64,000 nucleotides of DNA from positions 9,978-73,977 of the forward strand of contig JBAZBR010000002.1 in the NCBI GenBank assembly GCA_041671325.1. Direction: 5' to 3'. This document shows, piece by piece, positions 10,559 through 20,598 of this stretch (position 1 is its first letter; each line of letters opens with the position of its first letter). The notes under the pieces were generated by a model. It was not told the origin of the DNA and searched no databases. It saw only the letters and a list, made by a program, of their open reading frames with translations. Origin of the DNA: Patescibacteria group bacterium (GTDB taxonomy: Bacteria > Patescibacteriota > Patescibacteriia > PEXW01). The translations under genes were made by a program, and so were the position numbers.

Positions 10559-11754
10559 AGCAGTTTAAATTACTAATCATATTTTTTTTCGCCATTGCCG
10601 CTTTTTTATTTTCCCAACCGGTAAAAGCGGCTCTGGTGAGTTGTGATGAAAACGCAAAAGATTCAAATGGCAACTACATGAATGCTGGGCAAATTGAGCT
10701 GAAATGGATCCATGTCCAATTGCCCATTCCCGGGGTTACGGCGAATTGCGTTGATGACCAAGGCAAGAGCGTGGCCTATATCCAAGACCTCGGAGCCTAT
10801 ATTGCCGGCATGTATAAGTGGTTTTCCGGCGCCATTGGCATCCTGGCCGCCGTCATGGTCATGTACGGCGGGATAAAATGGATGGTGGCCGCGGGCAACC
10901 GCAGCCGAGTCCAAGACGCCAAAGAAACGGTTTTTACCGCCCTTATCGCCGTGGTAATTGCCCTCGGTTCTTATCTCTTGCTTTTTGTCATTAACCCAAA
11001 ATTAGTCAACTTACGGCCGCCAGCCTTGAGCACGGTCAAGCCAGTTTTGCAGAGCTTTGCCATGTGCCCGACCTTTAAAATTTGCCTATCCGGAACTAAC
11101 AAAGGCCAAGCCTGCGTCTTAGACACGGCCTGCGGGGCGCCGGCTAATTCCGGCGCTTGCGACTATGCCGTGGACGTGGGGACGGATATAGAACCAACAT
11201 GCGGCAATGAATACACTTATCGGGAAAAAGCCACGGGTTCTGGCACGTGTCGTGGTTCAGTCTGCCATGATAAGGACAAAAATGTCACTAATGATGTTTG
11301 TACGCTTGGCACCTGGAAGGACTCTGTTTTTTTGCCCAAGGCAATTGGTGGGACTTCTTGGGGCTGTACATCACCCGTACGACAATGCGAATCCATTACC
11401 GATGATAACGGTTCGGCGGCAGATTGTTCGCAATTTAGCATTGCCGGAAAAGGTAAGTGTGCTTGGATAGATTATCCTATGCTTGATCCAAAATCTGATG
11501 GTTGTTATTGGTTCCCAGTGCTTGAATGCGAACAGGGATATGAACGAGTTGGGTGTGATATATGTAATAATTCCGAACCGTTTGTCATTACTCAGTGTAA
11601 TCTTCAGCGTTGTTCCGAAGGGAGACTTTCAAAATGTATTTCGACTCAAGGAGAAATAGTATATTCTAATGATCTAACCCCAGACAAAAAAAATTGTAAG
11701 TCTATTTGTTGTAGAAAAGTTGGCGATACTGACTTAAAATGTTCAGCCCAATAA
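10555..11754 (+). CDS. VirB2/TrbC-like pilin domain with Cys-rich extracellular domain
   Basis: Signal peptide, then GILAAVMVMYGGIKWMVAAGNRSRVQDAKE..SYLLLFVINPKL pilin hairpin, then a Cys-rich C-terminal domain. Confidence 0.75.
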   Translation: MKQFKLLIIFFFAIAAFLFSQPVKAALVSCDENAKDSNGNYMNAGQIELKWIHVQLPIPGVTANCVDDQGKSVAYIQDLGAYIAGMYKWFSGAIGILAAVMVMYGGIKWMVAAGNRSRVQDAKETVFTALIAVVIALGSYLLLFVINPKLVNLRPPALSTVKPVLQSFAMCPTFKICLSGTNKGQACVLDTACGAPANSGACDYAVDVGTDIEPTCGNEYTYREKATGSGTCRGSVCHDKDKNVTNDVCTLGTWKDSVFLPKAIGGTSWGCTSPVRQCESITDDNGSAADCSQFSIAGKGKCAWIDYPMLDPKSDGCYWFPVLECEQGYERVGCDICNNSEPFVITQCNLQRCSEGRLSKCISTQGEIVYSNDLTPDKKNCKSICCRKVGDTDLKCSAQ

Positions 11755-11802
11755 TATAGATTTATTCCTTATCGCCTGGATTTTTAATGCTATTATGAAT
11801 AT

Positions 11803-13059
11803 ATGAACCGTCGAACCTTAGTAATCCTTGCCTTTATAATCGGGGTTATTGCCATCGGTTTTGTTTTGTATATCATGTTTTTCAAACCCTTGCCCCCAGC
11901 CGTCAACCAGAATGGCAACCTTAACACTAATTCGGTTTTGCCTAATATAAACGGCAATGTCAATCGGCCCCAAAATGTTAATGGCGGCTTGCCAAATATC
12001 AATACTGCAAATGTTAATAAGCCCACGGCTAATGTGAATGCCGGTCCGGCAGTCATTGCTGATGGCGGGGATACCCAAGTAAAGACTTTGATTTCCGCGA
12101 ATGCTTTTGACACGGTTATTGATGCCAAAGGCAATTTGCGCTACTACGATAAAGCCTCTGGCCAATTTTTCAAACTTGACGAAAACGGGAATTTAATCGC
12201 CTTGTCCCAAGTCAAGTTTCCTGAAGCCGAAGATATTGCCTGGTCGCCCAGCCGGAGCCAGGTCATAGTCAGTTTTCCGGATGATTCCAAAATCTTTTAT
12301 GATTTTGAAAATAAAAAACAGGCGACTTTGCCCAAAGAAGGCCAAGATTTCAGTTTTGATCCCACTGGCACGCAGATTGCATTCAAGTACAATGCCGCCA
12401 ATGAAGCTGACCGTTTTTTGGTGGTGTCCAGCCCAGACGGCAGTTCCATAACCCCAATTGAACCTTTGGGTGAAAACGGGAGCAGGGTCCAAGTCAACTG
12501 GTCGCCTAACAACCAAGTCATTGCCACTTATTCTCCAGGCCTGAATGATACTAGCCAGGAAGTGCTTTTAGTCGGCAAAAATGGCGAAACTTTTAAATCC
12601 ATAGCCACAGCTGGCCGGGGTTTTGAAGGCACATGGTCTTCTAATGGCCAGCAAATGTTATATAGCGTTTATAATGCCCAAACAAACTATAATCCCACTT
12701 TGTATATAGTAAATGCCCAAGGCGATGCCGCCGGTACGAATAACCGGCCTTTGGAAATTAACACCTGGTCTGACAAATGCACTTTTAACAAGGCCGGCAC
12801 CTCGATTTATTGCGCCGTGCCTGACACTTCAAGTTTACCGGCGGGCAGCGGGATTTACCGTAACCAGGCAAACAACACCACGGATTCTTTTTATTCAGTC
12901 GACCTTTTAACCGGGGCTAAGAACAAGTTAGCCGTGCCAGTTGGGTCTGATGGCAGCCGCCAGTTTTCCGCTAAAAACCTGTGGCTTTCGGCTGATGGCA
13001 GCACTTTATATTTTACCGACGGCCCCACTGGCAAGGTTTTAGAGATGAAAATCCATTAA
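11803..13059 (+). CDS. Membrane-anchored TolB/WD40-like beta-propeller protein
   Basis: TM, NxN-rich linker, repeated WSP/FDP/WSS/LSADG blades. Confidence 0.75.
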   Translation: MNRRTLVILAFIIGVIAIGFVLYIMFFKPLPPAVNQNGNLNTNSVLPNINGNVNRPQNVNGGLPNINTANVNKPTANVNAGPAVIADGGDTQVKTLISANAFDTVIDAKGNLRYYDKASGQFFKLDENGNLIALSQVKFPEAEDIAWSPSRSQVIVSFPDDSKIFYDFENKKQATLPKEGQDFSFDPTGTQIAFKYNAANEADRFLVVSSPDGSSITPIEPLGENGSRVQVNWSPNNQVIATYSPGLNDTSQEVLLVGKNGETFKSIATAGRGFEGTWSSNGQQMLYSVYNAQTNYNPTLYIVNAQGDAAGTNNRPLEINTWSDKCTFNKAGTSIYCAVPDTSSLPAGSGIYRNQANNTTDSFYSVDLLTGAKNKLAVPVGSDGSRQFSAKNLWLSADGSTLYFTDGPTGKVLEMKIH

Positions 13060-13066
13060 AACTAGT

Positions 13067-13699
13067 ATGCAAAAAAGGGAAAATATTTTTTTTCTGATCT
13101 TCGGTGGCCTAGCCGTGCTGGTTTTGGTTGTCCTAATGATAAACACTTTTAGCACGAAAAAGGTGATAAAAGATTTATCCCCAAGGATTTTCAGCACCGA
13201 TCCCTATTTAGGCAAGTCCAATGCCAAGGTTACTTTAGTCATTTTTACGGACTTTGAATGCGAATATTGCCGGGCAGAAGTGCCGATTTTAAAAAGCCTT
13301 ATGGCCAGCAATCAAAATTCCGTCAAATTGGTATATAAAGATTATCCTTTAAGCATCCACAAAAACGCCAGGCGGGCGGCGGAAATTGCCAGGTGCGCCC
13401 AAGACCAAGGCGGCGGCCAGGGAAAATTTTGGGCCATGCATGACCAATTGTTCCAGAACCAGGATACTTTGGGCGCTTTAGATTTAGAGAAAATAAGCAA
13501 AGACGTGGACATTGATTCGGCCAAATTAAAGGCTTGTTTGGACTCCCAAGCTGCGGCTAAACGCATTGATGATAATATTGCTGAAGGCCAGCGCTTGAAT
13601 GTTACGGAAACCCCGACGCTTTTTGTGAATGAAAGGCGGATTACCGGCTTGAATGAAGAATCAGTCATCCAAACTTATATTAACCATGTATTGCAATGA
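13067..13699 (+). CDS. dsbA: DsbA family thiol:disulfide oxidoreductase
   Basis: FTDFECEYC (CxxC), YKDYPL, GKFWAMHD, cis-Pro TPT. Confidence 0.85.
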   Translation: MQKRENIFFLIFGGLAVLVLVVLMINTFSTKKVIKDLSPRIFSTDPYLGKSNAKVTLVIFTDFECEYCRAEVPILKSLMASNQNSVKLVYKDYPLSIHKNARRAAEIARCAQDQGGGQGKFWAMHDQLFQNQDTLGALDLEKISKDVDIDSAKLKACLDSQAAAKRIDDNIAEGQRLNVTETPTLFVNERRITGLNEESVIQTYINHVLQ

Positions 13700-15057
13700 A
13701 AGTCTTGAGGCTTTTATTTTTATCAGCATTTTTATTAACGGGACTTTTGGCATTTCCAGGTAATGGAAAAGCTGGTTGCTGCCTTTGCGGGAATTTAAAT
13801 GACGACAATTTTCAATGTCTAATAAATGTTACTGAGGCCGAGTGCAATTCTTGCGGTAATTTCCCCCATCCGTTTTATGAGACCAATGATGCCTGTACGA
13901 ATTTTTGCGCCAAGCCAGTTGATGTTAGTTTAAAAAATTGCTGTGTTTATACGGGCAAGATAGATAAATTAGTAAAGGAATGCAAAGCCGTCCAGGATGA
14001 AACTTCCTGCCAGACAGGTGAATTTGAAATTAACCGGAAAGAATATATTGCCCAGGATTGCGCCAAACAGCCCCAATGCAGTTTAATCGGATCAAAGTAT
14101 GTAGCAGAAAAAAAATCAGACATATATTTCAAGCCCCAGGTTTCTTTGCTTGGTTCAAAATTTATCGCTGGTGAGGAAATTGTCATAACCGGCAATACTT
14201 TAGGCGAATACATTGCCGCCTTTTACGTCTTTTTTGTTTCAGCAATTGCTATTTTGGCTGCGGTCATGATTATGTATGGAGGCATTAAATGGCTGGTGGC
14301 TGGCGGCAATCGTGGCCAAGTCCAAAATGCCAAAGAGCAGATTACTTCAGCGATTATCGGCTTATTAATCGCTTTTGCCGCTTATCTATTATTGCTTTCC
14401 ATCAGCCCAAAATTGGTCAAGTTTACCAGCCTGAATATAACCAGCATCAAACCAATTGAGCAGGCCATAAATAAGCAAGAAATCGCTTATGGTTCAAAGG
14501 GCAACCCCTTGGGAAAAGCTACTATGTCAAAAACTTGGTACGAAAACGTAAAAGCCAAATATGGCTCATTTGTTGCCACAGCAGCAAAAAATACCGGTAT
14601 TGATGAGAATTTAATTTACGCCATAATGTTCGTGGAATCTGGTGGGCAACCCAATTTGTCATCTGAAGCGGGCGCTTGCGGCTTAATGCAATTATTGCCG
14701 GCAACTGCCAGCCAAGTCATGAAAACCGGAGTCTCCTGTTCTGATTTATACAACCCTTCATTTGGGATTGCGGCGGGCGCGGCTTACTTGGCACAGCTTA
14801 AGGAGGATACTTGCCCTGATCATGCCATGAAAAAAGACGAGAGTATTGTTTCCTGCACGCCCAGCTTAACCAAGTGTACGGATGGCGATTTAATGTTTGT
14901 GATTGCGGCATATAACGGCGGCCAAGGGGCTAATTGCAGCAGCGTAGATTGTCCAGGCCAGACCTGGTGGGAATGTCCGGTTAATACTGGTTATCAGCAA
15001 ACCAGGGATTATGTCATAAAAGTCCAGAACAATTTGAAAATAATTAGTGATTATTAG
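13696..15057 (+). CDS. Fusion: Cys-rich domain + VirB2-like pilin + SLT lytic transglycosylase
   Basis: Pilin hairpin AILAAVMIMYGGIKWLVAGGNRGQVQNAKE; SLT motifs AIMFVESGG, GACGLMQL, AAYNGG, TRDYV. Confidence 0.85.
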   Translation: MKVLRLLFLSAFLLTGLLAFPGNGKAGCCLCGNLNDDNFQCLINVTEAECNSCGNFPHPFYETNDACTNFCAKPVDVSLKNCCVYTGKIDKLVKECKAVQDETSCQTGEFEINRKEYIAQDCAKQPQCSLIGSKYVAEKKSDIYFKPQVSLLGSKFIAGEEIVITGNTLGEYIAAFYVFFVSAIAILAAVMIMYGGIKWLVAGGNRGQVQNAKEQITSAIIGLLIAFAAYLLLLSISPKLVKFTSLNITSIKPIEQAINKQEIAYGSKGNPLGKATMSKTWYENVKAKYGSFVATAAKNTGIDENLIYAIMFVESGGQPNLSSEAGACGLMQLLPATASQVMKTGVSCSDLYNPSFGIAAGAAYLAQLKEDTCPDHAMKKDESIVSCTPSLTKCTDGDLMFVIAAYNGGQGANCSSVDCPGQTWWECPVNTGYQQTRDYVIKVQNNLKIISDY

Positions 15058-15059
15058 GC

Positions 15060-16397
15060 ATGCCAAAAATTGAAACAATTTATTCATGCTCAAACTGTGA
15101 TGCGCAATTCCCCAAGTGGCTGGGTCGCTGCCCTGAATGCGGCAGTTGGGGGACTGTGGAAGCAGCCGGGCCAAAACCCGCAGCTGCCCATCAAGCCATA
15201 AAAGGCAAGCCAGGCCAAACCCAAAATTTTGAAAGCATTTTAAGCGAGCATATCCAAAGGGTAACAAGCGGAATTGAGGAATTTGACCGGACTATTGGCG
15301 GTGGGATTGTGCCGGGTTCTTTAATTTTGCTTGGCGGTGAACCAGGCATCGGCAAATCAACCTTGGCTTTGCAAATTACTTCTGGCTTAAAAGGCCAAGT
15401 TTTGTATGTGTCTGGGGAAGAATCTGCCAACCAGGTCAAATTGAGATATGAGCGCCTGAAAATAGAAGCTTCACAGGTTAATTTCCTGCCAGCAACGGAT
15501 TTACCCACGGTCTTAGCTACTTTGGAAGCGGAAAAACCAAGTTTGGCTGTAATTGATTCTATTCAAACAGTTTTTGACCCAACCTTGCCGTCAGAAGCTG
15601 GTTCCATTGTCCAAGTCAGGGTAGCTTGCGTCAAGCTTATGGAAGTCGCCAAGCGCCTACATATCCCGCTAATTTTAATCGGCCATGTGACCAAAGAAGG
15701 TTCAATTGCCGGTCCTAGGGTCTTGGAACATTTAGTTGACTGTGTTTTGACTATGGAAGGTGATCCTTACCATGCTTATCGTTTGTTGCGCGCCACCAAG
15801 AACCGGTTTGGGCCAACTGATGAGGTGGGGGTTTTTGACATGGCAGAATCTGGCTTGGTTGAGGTTAAAAATCCTTCAGCCAGGTTTCTGGCCGAACGGG
15901 ATGCCCAGATCAGCGGTTCCAGCGTGGTGCCGATAATTGAAGGCACCCGGGTTTTTCTTTTGGAAATCCAAGCCTTGGTTTCCACCACGGTTTTTGGCTA
16001 TCCCCGCCGGGTGACTTCAGGTTTTGATTTGAATCGCTTGCAACTATTATTGGCAGTTCTAACCAAAAGATCAGGCTTGGCTTTAGGTAACCAAGACGTG
16101 CATTTAAATATTGTTGGCGGTTTTAAAGTGGATGAACCAGCCGCAGACTTGGCAGTTTGCCTGGCCGTTGCTTCGTCTTTAAGCAATAAACCCCTACCGC
16201 CGTTATTAGCTGCGGTGGGTGAAGTTGGTTTAGGCGGGGAGATCCGGAGCGTGGCGAATTTTGAACGCCGGGTTGCGGAAGTGGAAAAGCTGGGTTTTAA
16301 AACTTTAATTGCCCCCCAAAACTCAAAATCTGGCAAATCTAAAATAGAAATAATTACGGCTAGGTCAATAATTGACGCCTTAAAATTCATTAAATAA
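15060..16397 (+). CDS. radA: DNA repair protein RadA/Sms
   Basis: C4 zinc finger, GEPGIGKST, KNRFG motif, Lon-like C-terminus. Confidence 0.97.
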   Translation: MPKIETIYSCSNCDAQFPKWLGRCPECGSWGTVEAAGPKPAAAHQAIKGKPGQTQNFESILSEHIQRVTSGIEEFDRTIGGGIVPGSLILLGGEPGIGKSTLALQITSGLKGQVLYVSGEESANQVKLRYERLKIEASQVNFLPATDLPTVLATLEAEKPSLAVIDSIQTVFDPTLPSEAGSIVQVRVACVKLMEVAKRLHIPLILIGHVTKEGSIAGPRVLEHLVDCVLTMEGDPYHAYRLLRATKNRFGPTDEVGVFDMAESGLVEVKNPSARFLAERDAQISGSSVVPIIEGTRVFLLEIQALVSTTVFGYPRRVTSGFDLNRLQLLLAVLTKRSGLALGNQDVHLNIVGGFKVDEPAADLAVCLAVASSLSNKPLPPLLAAVGEVGLGGEIRSVANFERRVAEVEKLGFKTLIAPQNSKSGKSKIEIITARSIIDALKFIK

Positions 16398-16400
16398 AAA

Positions 16401-16427
16401 TAGGACGGCCTGTGAGGGTCCGTCCTA
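16401..16427. terminator. Hairpin between convergent genes
   Basis: TAGGACGG..CCGTCCTA stem flanked by A/T-rich sequence. Confidence 0.6.
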
Positions 16428-16450
16428 ATAGAAATATTGCCGTAATTGAC

Positions 16451-16810
16451 TCAGGCTAGTTCCGCTGGTTTGAGCAGGTCTCGAGGGTCAAACGTGCCAG
16501 CCATAAAGCCCAATTTGATACCATAGTCGTTAAGATCTACGGTAGCACTTTGACCATGAAAAAGGGCCTTTTGAACACGACCAGTCGGTCCGCACAAATG
16601 GTCTGGGAAGCCATGGTCATCAACAGGCATCCCGCATATTTTGCATGCCCTCAAATCACAAGCATATCGACCAGTCGTAACCTGGCCAATTATTACCGGA
16701 AACTGCTGGCACAAATGCGGGACCTGTTGTTGCCGAGTCTTGAAGTCGGGATGTAGTCTTACTGAAGAAATCAGTTTCCCAACCTCTGAATTTCCAGTAA
16801 ATTTACACAT
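16451..16810 (-). CDS. Hypothetical Cys/His-containing orphan protein
   Basis: 119 aa ORF with GGAGA upstream of ATG and a terminator downstream; CKICG..HLC motif. Confidence 0.55.
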   Translation of the reverse strand: MCKFTGNSEVGKLISSVRLHPDFKTRQQQVPHLCQQFPVIIGQVTTGRYACDLRACKICGMPVDDHGFPDHLCGPTGRVQKALFHGQSATVDLNDYGIKLGFMAGTFDPRDLLKPAELA

Positions 16811-17203
16811 AGACTCTCCGATTTTGGTGTTTTTCCTAGTTTAACCTGTCTTCCTTTTTTCGGAGAGTGGCGGTTAAGGTGAAAAGAGCACTAAAACCTC
16901 CTCCTTTAACAATCCATTGCACTTGCCCTTCCTTTACCAAGCTAAAATGCCTTTTTTAAGAAATAAACCATGAAAAATTTGGCCTTATTTAAAGGCAGGG
17001 TTCTTCTTTCAAAGGGCAATTTTAGACTGATAATTCATTTTAGGTTCAGAATTGCTTCGGTGTCAAACCCAAGGTTCGGTCTGGAAAATCCTAGAGATAA
17101 AAAATGTAAAAAAGCCCTGTCCGGAGACGGGACTTCAATTTTTGTGGCGAAAACGAAAAGCCCGGTGGAGTACACCGAGCTTTGCCCGAAAGAAACATTT
17201 CCC

Positions 17204-17542
17204 TTAGGCCAGTTTTTCGCGCTGAAGCTGCAGGCGCGATCTCAACAGGCGAATGAGGATTGGGATACATGCACCGACCAGCATAAATATCCAGAGAGGG
17301 TGCTGAGGGGACAAATTGAATAAGCAATATCCAATACCGTAGGAGACGGCTCCGATTATCGTGCCGATCAAGGCGAGGATGATCAGGGTGATAACGCCAA
17401 GGAAACCGTCGATGGAGTTCCCGAAGAAAAGGCCAATTATGGAACCGACGATAAGGCCGATCCAAATCATCTGCTCCCAAAACAGACCAAAGATTAGTCC
17501 GACGATCGCCCCGATAAAGAGGTACAACAGCAAACGACGCAT
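17204..17542 (-). CDS. Small Gly/Ile-rich membrane protein
   Basis: AAGGAG RBS, 3-4 TM helices, own promoter and downstream hairpins. Confidence 0.7.
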   Translation of the reverse strand: MRRLLLYLFIGAIVGLIFGLFWEQMIWIGLIVGSIIGLFFGNSIDGFLGVITLIILALIGTIIGAVSYGIGYCLFNLSPQHPLWIFMLVGACIPILIRLLRSRLQLQREKLA

Positions 17543-17590
17543 GGCAAGCTCCTTTTTTATATAACCTAATTGTCAAACATCAAACGGTAA

Positions 17591-17619
17591 AGGTTATCAA
17601 AATAACTTGTTTTTGTCAA
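17591..17619 (-). promoter_or_regulatory. Sigma70-like promoter
   Basis: TTGACA-17 nt-TAACCT on the minus strand. Confidence 0.55.
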
Positions 17620-17629
17620 CCCAAAAAGC

Positions 17630-19693
17630 CTATTCCGGGTGGATTAATAAGCCTTTTGCCTCAACAATGGTTTTTAAATACGAATTCACGTTTAATTCAG
17701 GGTCAGTTGATAACAATTTTTGGGCCGTTTCCTTGGTTTCTTCAATCAATTGTTTATCAGTGAGTCTAGCCACTTTAAAGGGCTGGAAGCCGCTTTGCAG
17801 CTCACCCCAGAGTTCACCCGGGCCACGCCGGTTCAAGTCTTCTTCAGCTAAAGCAAACCCGTCCATTAGCTTTGTCATGACTTTCAAACGCTCCAAGGTT
17901 TCTGGATCTTCGGAGCTGGTTGCCAAATAACAGATGCTTGGCAAGGCGGCCCGGCCAATGCGGCCGCGGAATTGGTGGAGCTGGGCCAAGCCAAAACTGT
18001 CGGCGCCTTCAATCAGCATGACCGTGGCATTGGGAATGTCTATGCCGACTTCAACCACGGCTGTGGCCACCAAAACATTGGTTTTGCCTTCAGAAAAAGC
18101 CGTCATAGCATTTTCTTTTTTGTCAGTGGATAATTTGCCGTGGATTAGGCCGACGTTAATTTTATTAAAAATTCCATTTTTCAATTTTTTAAATTCTTCC
18201 ACGGCTGACTTGATGCCAGCCGGGTCAGTTTCAATCCGGGGGCAGATTATGAAGGCTTGTTCGCCCTGTTCTACTCTTTCCAAAATTTTAAAATACGCTT
18301 CATCCCGGTTCCGGTCATCCAAGAGTTTGGTGGCGATAGGTTTTCTTTCTTTGGGCAAATGCGGGATTTGGGAAATGGAAAGGTCGCCCCAGACTGTCAA
18401 GGCTAAGGTCCGGGGAATGGGCGTGGCAGTCAAGGACAGGAAATGCGGAATGCCAATTTGGCTTTTGGAACGCATAATTTTTCTTTGTTCTACGCCAAAC
18501 CGGTGCTGTTCATCCACAATAACTAAAGCTAATTTGGCAAATGTAACATTTTTAGAAATCAAAGCGTGCGTGCCAATGACCAAATCAATTTGATGGTCGG
18601 CTAATTGTTTTAAAAAAATGGGCTTGCTAAGAGCTTTCTCCCCAATATTGGTTTTCCGGCTGGTGCGGGTAAATAATGCCACGCGCGTGCCAAAAGGCGA
18701 TAACAACTTTGAAAGTTTTTCAAAATGCTGGCGAGCCAGGATTTCCGTCGGCGCCAGATATGCAGTTTGGAAGCCAGCTTTAACCACATTTAAAATCGCA
18801 ATGGCGGCAACTACGGTTTTGCCTGAACCCACGTCGCCTTCTAAAAGCCGGTTCATAGGGTAGGGCTTGTCCATATCCTGCAAAATATCCCAGGCAGACC
18901 TTTTTTGGCCAGGAGTCAAGATAAAAGGCAATTTCTGGACAAAACTTACGGTTTCTTCCTGGTGGAAAGGAATCCTGACACTGGGACTTTTTTCAATTTT
19001 CTGTCTTTCCTTTAAAACTGCCAAATGCACAATTAACAATTCCTCAAAAGCCAAACGTCTTTTAGCCGCGGCAATGTCCTCAAAGCTTTTGGGTTGGTGA
19101 AGGAGTTTTAAAGCTAAATTGCCATTGATTAAACTATGTTTTTGCTCCAGATCAACGGGTAATAATTCTGGCAAATAGCTAGCTAAAGGCAGGGTTTGGT
19201 CAATGAAATTTCTTAACTGTTTTTGCGTCAGGCCATCAGTTAAAGGATAAATTGGGATAATTCCGGCAGCATTCAAGGGGTTATCGCGCTTTTCCCAAGC
19301 TGGGTTCATTAAGGTGGTGCCAAAATAGTTATGTTCAACCTTACCAGCCAGCCAAAGATTTTCGCCGGGAATGAGGATTTTTGCCAAATAGGGTTGGTTA
19401 AACCAAACTACTTTTAAAGAACCAGATTCATCAGCAATAATAGCTTCCACCACCAACATCCTCTTCCGTTTTTGCGCCCGGCGGGAGCTTATCAGTTGCA
19501 GTTTGCCCCTGACCGAAACCGTGGCGTTGCCTTTGATATCAGAAATTTTTTCTACTCGGGTCAAATCCTCATACCTATAAGGCAAATGCCAAATTAAATC
19601 CTGGCAAGTTTGGATTTTCAAACGTTTCAAACGGCTGGCCATGGTCGGGCCAACCCCGGCTAATTCCTTAATGGGCGAATTAAAAACAAGCAT
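17630..19693 (-). CDS. recG: ATP-dependent DNA helicase RecG
   Basis: OB wedge domain, GDVGSGKT, DEQHRFG, TATPIPRTL, QLHQFRGRIGR. Confidence 0.97.
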   Translation of the reverse strand: MLVFNSPIKELAGVGPTMASRLKRLKIQTCQDLIWHLPYRYEDLTRVEKISDIKGNATVSVRGKLQLISSRRAQKRKRMLVVEAIIADESGSLKVVWFNQPYLAKILIPGENLWLAGKVEHNYFGTTLMNPAWEKRDNPLNAAGIIPIYPLTDGLTQKQLRNFIDQTLPLASYLPELLPVDLEQKHSLINGNLALKLLHQPKSFEDIAAAKRRLAFEELLIVHLAVLKERQKIEKSPSVRIPFHQEETVSFVQKLPFILTPGQKRSAWDILQDMDKPYPMNRLLEGDVGSGKTVVAAIAILNVVKAGFQTAYLAPTEILARQHFEKLSKLLSPFGTRVALFTRTSRKTNIGEKALSKPIFLKQLADHQIDLVIGTHALISKNVTFAKLALVIVDEQHRFGVEQRKIMRSKSQIGIPHFLSLTATPIPRTLALTVWGDLSISQIPHLPKERKPIATKLLDDRNRDEAYFKILERVEQGEQAFIICPRIETDPAGIKSAVEEFKKLKNGIFNKINVGLIHGKLSTDKKENAMTAFSEGKTNVLVATAVVEVGIDIPNATVMLIEGADSFGLAQLHQFRGRIGRAALPSICYLATSSEDPETLERLKVMTKLMDGFALAEEDLNRRGPGELWGELQSGFQPFKVARLTDKQLIEETKETAQKLLSTDPELNVNSYLKTIVEAKGLLIHPE

Positions 19694-19750
19694 GTCTTAA
19701 TAATACACTACTTAATCCTTTGCACGAATTTAACAGCCAAAATTAGTTAG

Positions 19751-20143
19751 CTAGGTTTTTAATATGGCTTGGGCAGGGCAATTTGAGATGGCGGTTTGGA
19801 GCGCTGTTGAGCCTAAATTGTCCTCTGTTAAGACCGTTGCTTTACCCGTCCTTGGGTCTAAGGCAAAATGCTCAGGGTCAGTGCGCGTACACCTGCCGCA
19901 ACCAACGCAATTTGGGCTTATCATCAATATGGCTTCATCATCAGCATTATTGTTTGACGGTAGGTTTAGGTTGGTATTGCTTGCGCCATCATCAGACGCG
20001 TTGAGGGCTTCCTGGTTGTCTTGGTTAAGATTATTAGCGGTTTGTTGTTCTTTTTTACCAGCACAACCCGTTAAGACTATGGTGGATAAAACTGGGAATA
20101 AGACGGTTATAAAGGTTTTTTTTGTTTTATTTTTCATAAGCAT
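19751..20143 (-). CDS. Lipoprotein with single-cluster ferredoxin domain
   Basis: Lipobox LTGC, low-complexity linker, CVGCGRC..NCPAQAI. Confidence 0.8.
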   Translation of the reverse strand: MLMKNKTKKTFITVLFPVLSTIVLTGCAGKKEQQTANNLNQDNQEALNASDDGASNTNLNLPSNNNADDEAILMISPNCVGCGRCTRTDPEHFALDPRTGKATVLTEDNLGSTALQTAISNCPAQAILKT

Positions 20144-20456
20144 TTTTTTTCAGAGTTAATAAATAATACTTAATGTGCCAGCTGAAATGAAACAGCGCTA
20201 CGATGGCAAAAGCGATGCCGAATTCCACATGAACCCAAAGAAGTTTGGGATACCAAGATAACTTAAACTTTTGGTCAATACTGATGGCCAGGATCAAGCC
20301 AAACAAACCCGAAAAACCGGCAAATAAGGCCAAAATGATATTCCAGATTTTTCTGTTTCTAGACAGCTGACATCTTTTTGTTTTGACCAAAATAGTTGTG
20401 GCGAAATAAGCCAGCAAAACTAAAAGGATTATGGGTAAGGCATGATAATTGTTCAT
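20127..20456 (-). CDS. DUF4405-like membrane protein
   Basis: Three TMs with His pattern WVHVEFG..LFHFSWH; overlaps the ferredoxin gene. Confidence 0.65.
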   Translation of the reverse strand: MNNYHALPIILLVLLAYFATTILVKTKRCQLSRNRKIWNIILALFAGFSGLFGLILAISIDQKFKLSWYPKLLWVHVEFGIAFAIVALFHFSWHIKYYLLTLKKNAYEK

Positions 20457-20598
20457 ATTAATCAAGAGTATTAAATCAACCTTTGTTTTTGCTTAGAATA
20501 AACTTTGTACATAAAAAATTGAAAAACCGTCGGAGGAGTTTCGGTAAATTAATTAAAATTTAATCACACGTCAATTCGAGTGGTTTTTTGGGGATGGT

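Noticed and set aside
301-15057. ICE, conjugative plasmid or prophage
   Set aside because: No integrase, relaxase, replication or phage structural genes; the cluster is contiguous with housekeeping genes.
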